A DNA stretch of 64,000 bases from Squalus acanthias (Eukaryota). The translations under genes and the position numbers were made by a program. The notes beneath the pieces are model-generated. The model did not search any database. It was not told the DNA's origin and was given only the letters and a program-made list of their open reading frames with translations. The stretch is from the NCBI GenBank assembly GCA_030390025.1, contig JASTWF010000036.1, forward strand, positions 1,984,001 through 2,048,000, in the 5' to 3' direction. Shown here one piece after another: positions 37,180-50,892 of the stretch. How positions within the stretch are numbered: position 1 is the stretch's first letter; each line of letters begins with the position of its first letter.

Positions 37180-39619
37180 TTTCAAATAAAACTGTTGGAC
37201 TATAACCTGGTGTTGTGCGACCTCTCAATTTTGTCCACCCCAGTCCAACACCGGCATCTCCGCATCATAAAGGATAGAAAGCATAGAGGGCGAGTAAATG
37301 AATACTTTGTGGATTGCCAACCTGCACAAATCGTGTGCCCCAAGGATCAGTGTTTTGGACCTCTCTTGTTCTCCAAATACATAAATGATTTGGACATGGA
37401 AAATAGAGAGAATATCATCAAAATTTACGGATTCAACCAAGTTAGGGGTCATGGTAAACTATGAGCAAGAATGCAGGAGGACCTAGATAAATGGAGTGGG
37501 CTGATAAGTGGCGAGTGCAGTTCAACTTCAACAAATATGTAGTAGTACATTTTGGGAAAGAAACAGAATAGAAATGTGCTCGAAATGGTAAAATTTTCAG
37601 TGTAGTGGAGGAACAGAGAGATCTCGGGACGGGGATACACAGATCTTTAGAAGCAGGTTTGCACTTGGAAAAGGCCATATAAAGGATAAAGAACATGAAA
37701 GAACAGGAGAACGGGATTGGAGTTGATTGCCCTGGCTAGAGCTAGCACAGACTCTGTCGAAGAGCTGTACTGAAATATCTATGATTCTATAATTCAGGAG
37801 GATTTGAAGAATCTGCATAGAACCTGCTTTGGTCCGCTTCATTTTTTTCAAAGAAGGGAAGGTGACACATTTAAGATACATCCTCAAATAAAAGTACAAT
37901 AAAGTAACACTTTGTAGCTTGAGTACAATCTCCAACCATTTTCTCATGGGTATCACCACTTGTAACGTGGAACCACAATAAAGCCACGTTGAGTCTGATG
38001 CTACACAAAGAAGTTCTTGATTCTGAAACAACGTGATGCTGGGAATCTGAAAACAAGCAGAGAAAAGGCTCGAAGTAGGTCAGGCAGCATGTGTTGCGGG
38101 GGGCGGGGGGGGGGAGAACAGGAGCCAGTAAATGTTTTAGGACCCTTCCTCGGGAATAGCCCTACATTACAGCAGTGACTACACTTCTGAAAGTACTTCA
38201 TTGGCTGTAAAGCACTTTGGGACGTCCTACGGTCGTGAAAGGTGCTATATAAATGCAAGTTTTTTTTCTTGATTCCGAATTAAGTACTTGAACTAATTTA
38301 CATAGCTTCATCCTGTTAACACCTTAAAATAGGACCTGGTATTTACAGATTAACCTAATCCACAAGCACAATGGGAATGAAGACAGTCATCTCTTTCTGA
38401 TGTTGGCTGACATGCCATGCTTTAAAACCAGTTTTTGTTTCCTTTTCTTGGTTTATTGGGGCAGGTTTTCCCCCATAATGCCAGGGAAATGCAGAGGTTT
38501 TCTGCCCCTTCAAGGTGTTGACCCCTTGCTGAGTAGCCATGTGTGGGCCGAGGTAGTGTGTCACGGCTGTTTGACTGTAGAGGGCATCACACCTGAGCTC
38601 AGCCTCACCTTGCAACCATTCACGTGTGTGGCCACTCTCACTTTGTCCGGCGGGAGTTACCAGATAGCCACCAAGAGTGGGAACCCTGTCTGAAATTTTT
38701 ACTGTCTCCGCTGAGATCAGGACATTGGACCTTGTCTAGTGACTGGGAGTGGTCCATCTATGCCTGAAAGCACATTGGAGGCCTGTACATCTGGACTGAA
38801 CGGTCGGTCTGCTGCCATCTCGGAAAAGATGGCAGGCTGTCCTTTCAGTGATTGTTTACTGGCGGGAATCTAGGTGCCCCTGGAAGCACCAGGGAAGGCC
38901 ACCTTCTCAGATGGGTTGAGGCAGCACTGTAAGGTGAAGGGGACAGAAAGCTACTAATTTGTCTGTGACGGGTTTGTGGACTTCGGCCCAGGTCTGTCTT
39001 TTGCGTGCAGTTTTATTTTTCAGGGTAGAATGAGGAGGAAGGAAGACAAATACCAGTTGCGCCATTGTTCTTGGGTGGTCTTTGTTTTACTTTGGTGCAG
39101 GAACTTGCAATCCATTCAAACTGAGGCCTGGTGCTATCGCTGGGCTCAGTGCTTGAATTCACCATATCAAATCGAACCAATGTGCTGCGTCTTAATGCTC
39201 TATCTTTGCGATGCCGTTATCTGTGCTGAGAAACAATCAGTCTTTGTTCTTTATGATCTACTTTTACAGCCTAAATGTAAAGTGTTGATTAGAGGCAAAT
39301 GCCCCATAGAATGTACTGATAAGTCCTAAATGAGTGCCAATAAAACTGGACTCGTTTGGCATGCTTGGGTTACGCACTCTAATAATGTCAAGTGGAGGTT
39401 GGGTATCCCCTTAGTTTGTGACTGGCTTGACTTGGTGCCAATGTAATGGAGTGAATGAAACTTATGCTGCATCGTTTTTCTCTGGTGACATTCCCATATT
39501 GCTACATATATTCCGCTCTGTGGGATGATTGCTGATGTCTTGTCCTCCTTTTAGCCCCTCCGTAAAACCCACCTCTTTTGACCAAGCTTTTAGTCACCCC
39601 TCCTAATCGCTCCTTGAGG

Positions 39620-40330
39620 GAAAAAAGGGACTTGCATTCATATAGCGTCTTTCACGACCTCAGGATGTCCTAAAAAGAAAAAAGAACGACTTGTATTTCT
39701 ATAGCCCCTTTCAAGACCTCAGGATGTCCCAAAGCGCTTTACAGCCAATGAAGTACTTTTTGAAGTGTAGCCACTGTTGTAATGTAGGAAACGTGGCAGC
39801 CAATTTACGCACAGCAAGCTCCCACAAACAGCAATGTGATAATGACCAGATCATCTGTTTTAGTGACATTAGTTGAGGGATAAATATTGGCCAGGACACC
39901 AGGGATAACTCCCCTGCTCTTCTTCGAATAGTGCCGCGGGATCCTTTACATCCACCTGAGAGAGCAGACGGTGCCTCAGTTTAACGTCTCATCCGAAAGA
40001 CGGCACCTCTGACAGTGCAGTGTAAAGTATTTTACAGCCAATGAAGTACTGGTTTAGTGATGTTGGTTGAGGGAGGAATGTTGGCCAGGACACTAGGGAG
40101 AATTCCCCTGCTCTTTGAATAGTGCCATGGGATCTGTTATACTGACCTTAGAGGGCAGACGGGGCCTCGGTTTGACGTCTCATCTGAAAGACGGCACCTC
40201 CGACAGTGCAGCACTCCCTCAGTAATGCACTGAAGTGTCAGCCTAGATTTTTGTGCTCAAGTCTCTGGAGCGGGACTTGAACCCACAACCTTCTGATTCA
40301 GATGAGAGTACTGAGCCGTGGCTGACACCA
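39620..40330 (-). mobile_element. Nested/tandem Deu-SINE copies within an L2 3' end
   Basis: Two Deu cores (39950-40020, 40150-40210); L2 tail pieces at 39545-39615 and 40390-40490. Confidence 0.75.
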
Positions 40331-41669
40331 AGCAAAACTCGTAATATTTATATCCAACAATGACCCAAATGAGCAAAGGCTGGCACCTCCTTTGGTGTGG
40401 CATCGATTTGTGTCTGGTTATGCCTCTGTAAAGCGCCTCGAGATGTTTTTCGATGGTAAAGGCACTATATAAATGCAGGCTGCTGTTACGAGCATTGTTT
40501 ATCAGCCATTTCCCGTGTACTTCAATTTTTTACCGACATGCCTGCTGATGAGACAGTTTTGAATTATTTTAATATACTTCATTTAAAATTCTCTCTTCAG
40601 TTGAATGGAATTTAACTGCAACAATTCAGCTATTATTGCGCCAGCATTCAAGGCTTTTCCTGAACACCCTTCACTGCTGGCAACTCTTTTGCTGTGTGCA
40701 GGCAGGGCCTTTATTCTCTTTTGAGTCTTGATGTTAATTAGCTGAGACCTGCAAGAGCAGTAGTGTGGAGCTGAAAGGCATGTACGAGTGATGCGACAAC
40801 TGCTGCTACAAGTCTTTCACTGATTCATCTCTTTGTGGCGTTTCGAATACACACCGTCGGGCCTTGGACGGAACAATATCGCGGCATCTTCTGGCGTGTC
40901 AGTTGCTCGTGCAGTTTGACAGTTGATTTGCTGAATTTCTTGTAAAGTTGAGGCGATTGCATCCTCCCCACAATAAAATGTCGGCTGCCCACGAGCCACA
41001 GCGTCAGCCTGCTGAACGAGAGTGCAGTAAAGTAGAGCATAGCACACGGACAAAGGGTGTTTGAAAGGGACGCAGGGCATGCAGTCAGCAACCAGGAGCA
41101 AACTCTTTGAATTTCTTGCACACGGTTTGGTAAGGGCTCGTTTTCAAATTAACCAAGCTTTTATTTCTGACGGTGGTAGCAGATTTTTGTGAATTGTAAT
41201 GCAGCCTTTCGGGTCCAGGGGGTTTACCATCGACTGACTCCTCCTGTCCTAAAGAGGAAAGGGTTGCGTTTTTTCCTAGTTGATGCATTTCCCAGCTTGA
41301 TTGCAGAATCAGTTGCAGCCTTCTGTACAGCAGACCGAGCGATTGGATTGATGCGTACCTTATAACCTGCCTGTACTGGCGTACTGATTTAATTATCTGC
41401 CAATTCATTTTTTTTCCTGCAACTAATTTTTACAGGCTATTTTTCTGAAGTTCCCCTTCTCCCCCCCCCCCCCCCCCCCCCAACTTGAAGGTGCACAACT
41501 GGCATTTTCCTATTTCAGATGTTGGGTCACGTTGTCGCAATTGCCTGTGCTTTGACAGCCAGAAGAGAAGGGGGCAGAACTGCTGACTTGTCAGTTTCTT
41601 GCCCTTACTAGTGGAATACAATTCAGTCGGAATTTGTCTGTAAATTTGCATATTTTAAATTGTAACTGA

Positions 41670-41900
41670 CTTTTTTTATTCGTTCCTGGGATGTGGGCGT
41701 CATCGGCAAGGCCAGCATTTATTGCCCATCCCTAGTTGCCCTTGAGGTGATGGTGAGCCGCCTTCTTGAACCGCTGCAGTCCGTGCGGTGAAGGTACTCC
41801 CACAGTGCTGTTAGGGAGCGAGTTCCAGGATTTTGACCCAGCGACGATGAAGGAACGGCAATATATTTCCAAGTCAGGATGGTGTGTGACTTGGAGGTGG
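41670..41900 (-). mobile_element. LINE 3' end (CR1/L2-group, clade unassigned)
   Basis: SKSWNSLPNSTVGVPSPHGLQRFKKAAHHHLKGN then tail. Confidence 0.75.
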
Positions 41901-42544
41901 AGAAATTGTTTCCCCCCCCCCCCCCCCCCCCCCCCCCCCATTGTTCTGCCCCAACCCCCCCCCCCCCATTGTTCTGCCCCAACCCCCCCCCCCCCTCGCC
42001 ATGGTAACTTAAGAATATTCTAGTCTGTGGCCGACAGGGCAGTTAGACGGCCGCTATATACCCCGCCCCCACCACACCTTTTCCACGACAGGTTTTTAAT
42101 CTGTCAGCTGGAGTAAAAGCTTGATGGGGCAGCTTGCCCTTGGTGTCTTGCACTCCCATTTGGAGCAGTACCTGCCCTCCATTCAACCCCCCCCCATCTC
42201 CCCAATAACGTGGGCACGTTTGATCATTTAACGTGTGAGGTGCACTCGGCTACCTCACCAACAGTTTCAGTTTCTCGGGGTTTAATACTGAAGTGGCAGC
42301 TCTTACTACTTTTAAACTGAGCTTGCTGCTGCCCTCTCTGTGTCATAGTTTTGTTACGACCAGCGCCAGGCTCGGTTTCTCTGGATATGTGCACTGTGCG
42401 TATGTCAAGGCTTGTGTTATGTGGCTGTTTTGATTCACTGGGTTCAGATTTGTCCTCTTGTAGCCTCCAGTAGTCGGTGGCATTTTCTCATCAAAAATCC
42501 GATTGTTGACATTGTGGTGTGGGGAGTTTGTTTGCTGATTCACA

Positions 42545-43285
42545 CTGTTCGCAACCTTGGTGTCATATTTGACACTGAAATGAGCTTCTGGCTACATATC
42601 TGCGGCATAACTAAGACCGCCTATTTCCACCTCCGTAACATCGCCCCGTCTCCGCCCTTGCTTCAGCTCATCTGCTGAAACCCTCATCCGTGCCTTTGTT
42701 ACCTCTAGACTTGACTATTCCAACGCACTCCTGGCTGGCCTCCCACATTCTACCCTACATAAACTTGAGGTCATCCAAAACTCGGCTGCCCCGTGTCCTA
42801 ACTCGCACCAAGTCCCGTTCGCCCATCACCCCTGTGCTCACTGACCTACATTGGCTCCCGGTTAAGCAACGCCTCGATTTCAAAATTCTCATCCTTGTTT
42901 TCAAATCCCTCCATGGCCTCGCCCCTTCCTATCTCTGTAATCTCCTCCAGCACCACAACCCCCCGAGATATCTGCGCTCCTCTAATTCTGCCCTCTTGAG
43001 CATCCCTGATTATAATCGCTCAACCATTGGTGGCCGTGCCTTCTGTTGCCTGGGCCCTAAGCTCTGGAATTCCCTCCCTAAACCTCTCCGCCTCGCTACC
43101 TCTCTCTCCTCCTTTAAGACGCTCCTTAAAACCTACCTCTTTGACCAAGCTTTTGGTCACCTGCCCTAATTTCTCCTTATATGGCTCAGGTGTCAAATGT
43201 TTTGTCTTCTAGTACTCCTGTGAAGCACCTTGGGACGTTTTACTACGTTAAATGCGCTACATAAATACAAGTTGTTGTTGTTGAT
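42545..43285 (+). mobile_element. L2 LINE 3' fragment
   Basis: VRNLGVIFD, LHWLPVKQRLDFKILIL, KLWNSLP, FKTLLKTYLF; (gtt)n tail. Confidence 0.9.
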
Positions 43286-43350
43286 TCCAGCTTTTCCTGG
43301 TGCAGTCAAATTCCTTCCACGTCTCATTTTGTTTTCTTCCATTTAACTAG

Positions 43351-43544
43351 CGTCCAGGGATGCCTCCGGGCAGCCGCATGCCACCTCAAGGTGCTTCTAT
43401 GGGTCCTCCGGGCCCTTCGTATGGCGGGAGCCCAGCAGTGCGACCAGGCATGCCTCAGTCGATGATGGACCAGTCTCGCAAGCGGCCAGCTCCACAGCAG
43501 ATTCAGCAGGTGCAGCAACAGGCAGCCCAAAACCGCAATCACAA
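43351..43544 (+). CDS. SMARCD1: SMARCD1 exon 2
   Basis: [10 protein letters not shown]...[25 protein letters not shown]; ag/gt; ends phase 2. Confidence 0.95.
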
Positions 43545-44199
43545 GTACGTCCGATACCTCTTCAGAAATTAAGTTCCTCGTTATTCAGCGCAAACTAACT
43601 TTGCCAGAAATGATGCGCTTTGAAACGGTCGCTGTTTTCAGAGGCAGGGGCACCAGTATTGTTCTTAGCGTCCCAGGAATGAATTTCTTGTTAATTTTCT
43701 TCCCTGTAAGGTGCTATCACATGCAGGGTGAGGCTCCGCAGGCATCGGCAGCCTTCAAATGCCTCGCCCGAGTGACCACGCTTTATGTATGAGTCAAGGA
43801 AGTGAGTGTTGGCTGGCTGACTGTTTTGGGCATCACAGCCAAACTGGGTGTAGGGTGAACCTGCCTCCATTCGATGTCCATATCTGTACGCCTTCTGACA
43901 ACGATCAGGAGCAGGAAGCCTGGTTATTTTTTTTCCTCCCTCTAGCCCAAAGCATTATAGTACCCCATAATTGCTGAATTTTTTAATATTCTGTTCGCCA
44001 GAATAGTGGTCTTACCAGCAGCAAACACAATGCTTCTGCAGAGATGCAAGATGAACATTTTCAACTAATAAAATCAGTATTCTTCATACAGTGGGACTCT
44101 TGCAATAGCCAATGTCAGCCATTCAGATACTGCAGTTATTTCATCTTCTTTGTGCTTCATCATATTTATCTTTACCAGCCATTAATGTGGAGAAACCTG

Positions 44200-44650
44200 C
44201 CTAGAAATGTCCCGGATGGCTTAGTCGGTAAATGCAGCGTTCAGTGTGCACGCCTTGTACAATCCCCACCATTTATAGGAGGCGCCTTGGTGTTAACACG
44301 ACTTGTTCGCTTTAGGTGGCTGCCTGCGTGGAGTGTAGATGGGGTGAGTGGCGGGGACTGTAGTTCAGAAGATCGCCCCTTGCTGTGTGCTCAGGTTGGG
44401 GATTTCAGCCAGGGGAGCAGTTTGGGCACTGCATGTCACTACTCTACTCCCGGGCTGATTTTTCCTCTCCTGATCACTATCCAATGACTCTTCTTGAAGT
44501 GCACACGTATGTGTACGTTAGGTTCATGGCAGGATTCAACGTTGCTATTGTATCTTCTCCCCCATGTCATCAAATAGCCTGCTGGCACTCACTGTCCAGG
44601 TTCACACATGAAGTATAGCCACTTAGACGAGGCGCTGGATGGCTGCCTGT
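44200..44650 (+). mobile_element. Old SINE-like repeat (similar to 51020-51400; possible minus copies near 38460-38690 and 43700-43940)
   Basis: Shared motifs tggcttagtcgg, ctcctgatcactatcca, tcacacatgaa. Confidence 0.45.
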
Positions 44651-45165
44651 ATCCGTTGAGCTTTACCCCAATAGTGGGAGGTCGAGAGACGGAGGGCTTT
44701 AGGGAGGGAATTCCAGAGCATGGAGCCTAAAGAGCTGAAGGCACAGCCGCCAACGATTAAGTGAATGGAAGGGAGGATGCAGCAAGAGGTGGTGTCTTTA
44801 GGGGATGTGGGGAGGAAATTAGAAAGGAACACAGTTTAAAAATATTAAAAACTTATTGAGAGTAAAGTGCTTAATGCAGAAATGTTTTTTCTTTACAATA
44901 ACTGGATAATTGTGTGATCTCATTTTGTCCTGACATTTGATCAGTTTTGTGATTAATTGCAGAAGTTGCTGGGAGCGCGGGTCATGTTTCTGTCGTTGTT
45001 TTGGCAGTGTTTTCATGTCCGTTTGTGCCAGGCAACCTCTTATGGTGCCTTGTGGTTCTAATGGTCATTGCACTCTGCCTGAATATTAAACGGGCTCCAT
45101 TTTGGAGTGTTTGGTTTTGGAAGATCAGTTGCCAGGGTAACATGTTTATTCTTTCATTTGAATAG

Positions 45166-45208
45166 TGCGAAGAAGAAGAAAATGGCAGATAAAATTCTAC
45201 CTCAGAGG
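45166..45208 (+). CDS. SMARCD1: SMARCD1 exon 3
   Basis: (N)AKKKKMADKILPQR; ag/gtaagt. Confidence 0.95.
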
Positions 45209-45539
45209 GTAAGTATTTCCTCTTTTTTTGTTAAAGGTTTTCCTGCGCTACATTCTTCACCTCAGGCACCTGATCCAAAGGTTTTGAATTTAAAAAGTAA
45301 TTTTCACGCACTATTCCCTAGCTGAAGGCAGGTTAGGTGAGCTGATCATAAGCCTTTGTCAATCAATATGTATAAAGTGGCCACTAGGGCTGATGGGGAG
45401 CAAGACAATCTTTTGGTTAATGCTTGATATGTTCTAGGCAACTGCAATGCAGTGGGTTTGATGTGGACTTACACTACTGGGACCTGGGTTCAAATCCAAT
45501 TCAGAACATTCTGGTTCAGCCTGCGATAATTGCTGGGGA

Positions 45540-46050
45540 GGGGGAATGGAACCGGTGACAGTGGCAGGGGCTGAAGACGATGGCTTTGGTCTTCCCTATG
45601 TTTAACTGGAGGAAATTACGATTCATTCAACACTGGATGTTGGGCAAGCAGTCTGTCAACACAGAGGCAATGGAGGGGTTGTGGGAGGTGGTGAGGAGGT
45701 AGAGCTGGGTGTCCGCATCATGCAGAAGCTGACCTCCTGTCTTCAGATGATGTCTTCAAGGAGCAGCGTGTTGATGAAAAAGCGGAGGGGTCTAAGTATA
45801 GATTCTTGGGGGATTCCAGTGGTAACTGCGCGAGGGCAGGAAGAGAAGCCATTGCTGGAGATTCTCTCGCTCCGACTGGATAGATAAGAGTGGAACCAGG
45901 CGAGGGCAGTCCCACCCAGCTGGACAACGGAGGAGGGCGGTGTGGTAGACCATGTCAAAGGCTGCAGACAGGTGGAGGAAGGCAAGGGGGGATAGTGCAC
46001 CACAGTCACCGAGGATGTCATTTGTGGCTTTGAAAAGGGCCGTTTTGGTG
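45540..46050 (-). mobile_element. Decayed L2 RT fragment
   Basis: ALAWFHSYLS...GIPQESILRPLRF; rc YADD-like tgtccgcatc. Confidence 0.7.
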
Positions 46051-46084
46051 ATCGTCAGTGTTTACATTATTCTTTTTGTTATAG

Positions 46085-46291
<207 letters not shown>

Positions 46292-46941
46292 TGACACTTT
46301 TTAATCTAGTGTCAAAACCTGGTATTAAACAGTTTCTGAGAATGGAACGAGATTCTTTGAAACTTTTCATTGTGGAAAGACCTTTGCATAACCAATAGGA
46401 CTTGTGTGTTACAGCAGTTTCATTCTTTGTAATTATTCATTTTAATGTAACCGTTTGTCTTTTGTGTGCCAATTTAGATTATGAGCATCTGGTGTCTTTT
46501 TTCCAAAAATTATGGCTAATATTTGAGTGCCAGTTTATCATTCCGTGAAGTATGTGAACTTTGTATGGAATAGATAGCATGTATCGCAATATTACTTAGA
46601 GTAGGGGGTGTAATAAGGCTTCCTTCAAGACTGTTCGATGTTGGGCTTCGAAGCTCCATTTTGGCTCCTTTTCTCGACCTTGATCTCACATCTGGTTGCG
46701 ATTCCATTCGCTTACTGACCACAAATTGATCTGCTTGCGATAGCATTCATGCCCTGCGGGTTAATTCAGTGGCACTTAATCCATTTTAACAGTGTAGGTA
46801 GCCTAGCGAGGTAATAAATTCTTCACGGCCGCTGTTACGACAGCGCAAGGCGGATAATTGATAAATTGGGTCTCCTTCTGAGAGCCAAAACATTGAGGTG
46901 TCATTTGCAGCAGAGATTTTGACTCTCTGTGGAGTAACCAC

Positions 46942-47074
46942 CAATGTTTCCCCTCATTTTTATTTGGACTGCGTGGCCCATTCAAAAATCCGTGCATGCG
47001 TGGTTTTTGCATGTAAAAGCTGGCTCGCCGGCTGCGTGGGACCTCGAGTGCTGCGCAGCTTAAAGCGAGCGTTG
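46942..47074. mobile_element. ~130-bp hAT-type MITE
   Basis: caatgttt...gagcgttg; perfect 8-bp TSD gtaaccac. Confidence 0.8.
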
Positions 47075-47778
47075 GTAACCACCACCTTCCTACTATTTTT
47101 AAGAACCCCCGATGTTGTCTGTGCACTTGAAATATTCAGAGTTCCACTCATGCCTCATGAATGCATATACTGGGTGGTGTGGTGCTGGACCGTTGCAGCC
47201 CAGCGAGGGTTGATCTAGGTTGGAAATCTGGAGCTCTCTTCCCCCAAAGACTAGGTTAATCATTTCAAAGCTGAGATTGCTAGCTTTTTGTTAGGCAGGG
47301 GTATTAAGGGTTACGGAACCAAGGCGGGTAAATGGAGTTGAGGTACAGATCAGCCAGGCTCACGGGGCTGAATGGCCTGCTCCCGTTCCTATGATCCTCA
47401 CTCTGTGCTAAGTTAGCGGATGAATGAGGATAGGATTGTGATTTTCTACAGTTTAGCATGACACCAGCACACACTATCTGGACTTGCCTATCAAGAGCAA
47501 ACACGTGGGTGAGGTACAGTACGATTGCCAGTACCTATGGAACTGTCCCCCTTTAGGAGAGGAGGAGTAAGGGGAGGAATTCGAAACTCAACCGAAATAA
47601 CAGGACAAAAGAATAGTGATCCAAATCCAATCCTTTTTTTAAGCCACCCAAATACTGAAATGCAAGTGGGATGTGTCGCATGGGAGAAAGAACATGCATT
47701 CTAAACCAGGCAAACCTAAACTAGCTGTGTGGATTCCTCAGTAGCTTGCTTTAGAGGCTCTTTCAGTACAATGATAAT

Positions 47779-48529
47779 GGCCTAGAAATTCGATTCGGAG
47801 GCTTGCCGCGGGGGTAAGGATCGCGCGCGATATCACCTGCTGCGTCTGCCGTTCTTGTTTGCCCCCGCAGGAACTTCGGGTCCTGGGCCTCTCCCTAGTG
47901 CCGGCGCGCAGTGCTTGCGTGTTCCAGGGGCGCAGTTAGTGCGATGCGACCCCTGGGATCACGTGGGCCATGGAGAGCCAATGGCAGCAGACCATCTTTC
48001 ATTTGACAGGAAGACCTGTCAAATCTATGAATTGAAATCGGCCCCAAAAGAACAGCTAAACCTCAAATAAATTTTTTTTTTAAACCATCACATTAATAAA
48101 ATAACTATAGTTAAATAAATTAACCACTTTAAACAAAAATTTAAATTTTTGAAAAAATTAAAATACTTTTTAAAAGTTATAAAAATAAACTTACCTTTCT
48201 TTCAAGTCTCTAAAAAAAAAAGATAAACCTGTTGAAAAAAATTTAAAATTATACTTAATTAACTACTTACCTTGTTCAAAAGGGGTCTTACGCCTCCTTT
48301 TTACTTGCGTAGAATATTCCATACTTACCCTCGCGTTGAAACCTGAAAAAAAACCTCAGTGTGCTGCGTGCGCGCAGCCTCTAGAGCGCACGCGGTTCAC
48401 CTAGGAACCGCCCCCTTCGCAATATCGGAAGTGCCGGTTTCCCGTGCATGCAGGAAACTGGCACTTCGGGAACGAATACGGGTGAGTACGCACTGAGTAC
48501 TCACCCGAGAACGGCTGAATTTTTGGGCC
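47779..48529. mobile_element. ~750-bp Harbinger-like MITE
   Basis: Ends ggcctagaaattc / gaatttttgggcc; TSD aat; inverted relative of 31150-31894. Confidence 0.8.
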
Positions 48530-48571
48530 AATATTTCTGCGCGACAGATGAAAAAACTTACTTTAAGCTAA

Positions 48572-48778
<207 letters not shown>

Positions 48779-49381
48779 TAGATGTTTCCTATGTTAAGCC
48801 TTCACACAATTTCTCCCCTGATATCCCAGCCAAGATCACAAAGTTGCCTGGGGACAGGGTGTATCAAGGATTCCCCCTAGCCTGTCGTACCATTCTCCAC
48901 ATTCCTTAGCAACGGTATAATGAATAAGCCGGTCAGGTTCTGATTATGTGTGTCGTCAAGAATTTGCTTTGTTGCACTGACCAGCATTGAGTTGTAGGCC
49001 CCAATTCCACCCAGATTTTGATTGTAGCTTGACCTGCTGTGGGAAGGTGCTAAACCGAATCCAGGCATCGTTTTGGGTGGGGGGGGCGGGCGTGGTGCAG
49101 CAGAGGAAACTTAGTGGGTTAGTTGTTGCTGGACAGCTGTCACATGGCTTCTAGTGCAGCCCACCGAGAGGCCAGAAGCAGGGTGCTCGCCTTGGCACTC
49201 GGCCACAAGAGGCACGTAGCTTTGGCAGACCACAAGAGGCGGGGGGGCATTCGAAGGTGGTCACTGGAAATTGATGGTGAAAAACTGCAAGGGAATCGGT
49301 ATCTTCAGTTTCACTGAATCATCTACTGATCTGTATTAAACTGCAGGCAGCTTATGAAATCTTATTTTTGTGCATGTGTAG

Positions 49382-49513
<132 letters not shown>

Positions 49514-49818
49514 TGATGTGCACTCTGTGACCGAATAATTCAACTGCGCTGCATCGTATTTGTTTCAATTTTAATACCGACAGTTGGACATTTGAAGATT
49601 GAAGTGAGTATTTTCTGTCTGCAGTAAAATAGTAACATCGTGGTGGCAGCCTCTTGAGACCACATCAGTTTGGGTCTCCTCTTGCCAGGGTACGGTATGT
49701 CATGGGAAGGACCCACATGCATCCTGTAACTTGTCCATTCCCTACAATAGAAACTGACTGAGGTTTGCCGGATCTCAGTAAAAGCCTTCTTGCTGGCTGT
49801 CGTAGCATAACTCGTGAG

Positions 49819-49945
49819 CAATGTTCCCGCTAATTTTTTTGGGGGGGACCACGCATGCGCGTTTTTTTTTCATTATAAAGCCGTTGAGTGGCCTGCGCTG
49901 GACCTCCAGATCGCTGCGCGGCCGCTCATCTTAACGGAAACATTG
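49819..49945. mobile_element. ~130-bp hAT-type MITE
   Basis: caatgttccc...ggaaacattg; TSD ctcgtgag/ctcgcgag. Confidence 0.8.
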
Positions 49946-50235
49946 CTCGCGAGTGTCATTTAGTTCAACAATCAGCCTTGCACTCCGGTCTAGAAGTGGG
50001 ACTAAATACTGGTAAGTGACACAGAGGACTTTGAACCATTAAGAGGTGAAACTGATGGAATGCCAGAGCGTTTGTGCCTCCAACAGTCGAGTGCACTCTT
50101 GGCTAAAATAGGGCATTCTCTCATGCAATTGCATTGGCTGTAAGTGAGAGCATGATTGCACAGAGGATTCTCTGAAGAATCCTGCTGATGTATCTGCTGA
50201 AAGAATGAGTTGCTCTTAGTTATACAAAGTGGTAA

Positions 50236-50376
<141 letters not shown>

Positions 50377-50377
50377 T

Positions 50378-50892
50378 GACTGTGTACAGTTTTGGTCTCC
50401 TTATCTAAGGAAGGATAACTGCCTTGGAGGGAGTGCAACGTAGGTTTACTAGACTGGTTCCTGTGATGGGGGGATTGTCCTATGAGGAGAGATTGAGTAG
50501 ACTAGGCCTATATTCCCTAGAGTTTAGAAGAATGAGAGGTGATCTCATCGAAACATATATTAAATTCTTAAGGGGCTTGACAGGGTAGATGCTGGGAGGA
50601 TGTTTCCCCTGGCGGGAGAGTCTAGAACACGGGGTCACAGTCTCCGGATAAGGGGTCGGCCATTTAGCACTGAGATGAGGAGAAACTTCTTCACTGAGGG
50701 TGGTGAATCTTTGGAATTCTCTACCTCAGAGGGCTGTGAATGCTTAGTCAAGGCTGAGAGCGATAGATTTTTGGGGAATTAAGGGATATGGGGATAGTGC
50801 GGGAAGGTGGAGTTGAGGTAGAAGATCAGCCACGATTTTATTGAATGGTGGAGCAGGGCCGAATGGCCTACTCCTGCTCCTATTTCTTATGT
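50378..50892 (+). mobile_element. CR1 3' fragment
   Basis: CVQFWSPYLRK...LEFRRMRGDL...ESRTRGHSLRI and tail. Confidence 0.9.

Larger units (their letters stand above)
35036..37267. mobile_element. PLE with ~1.05-kb near-perfect inverted arms (linker + GIY-YIG + pLTR)
   Basis: Identical ORF translations on both strands (35456-35707 vs 36556-36807); spacer 36086-36177; TSD taaaggatagaa (35024-35035, 37268-37279); inserted in a decayed CR1. Confidence 0.95.

Noticed and set aside
41910..42000. Poly-C tracts and a short duplication (also 41460)
   Set aside because: Low-complexity slippage; homopolymer lengths are unreliable.
48321..48330. atacttacc resembling the U1 snRNA 5' end
   Set aside because: No downstream U1 sequence; it is an antisense splice-donor motif inside a MITE.
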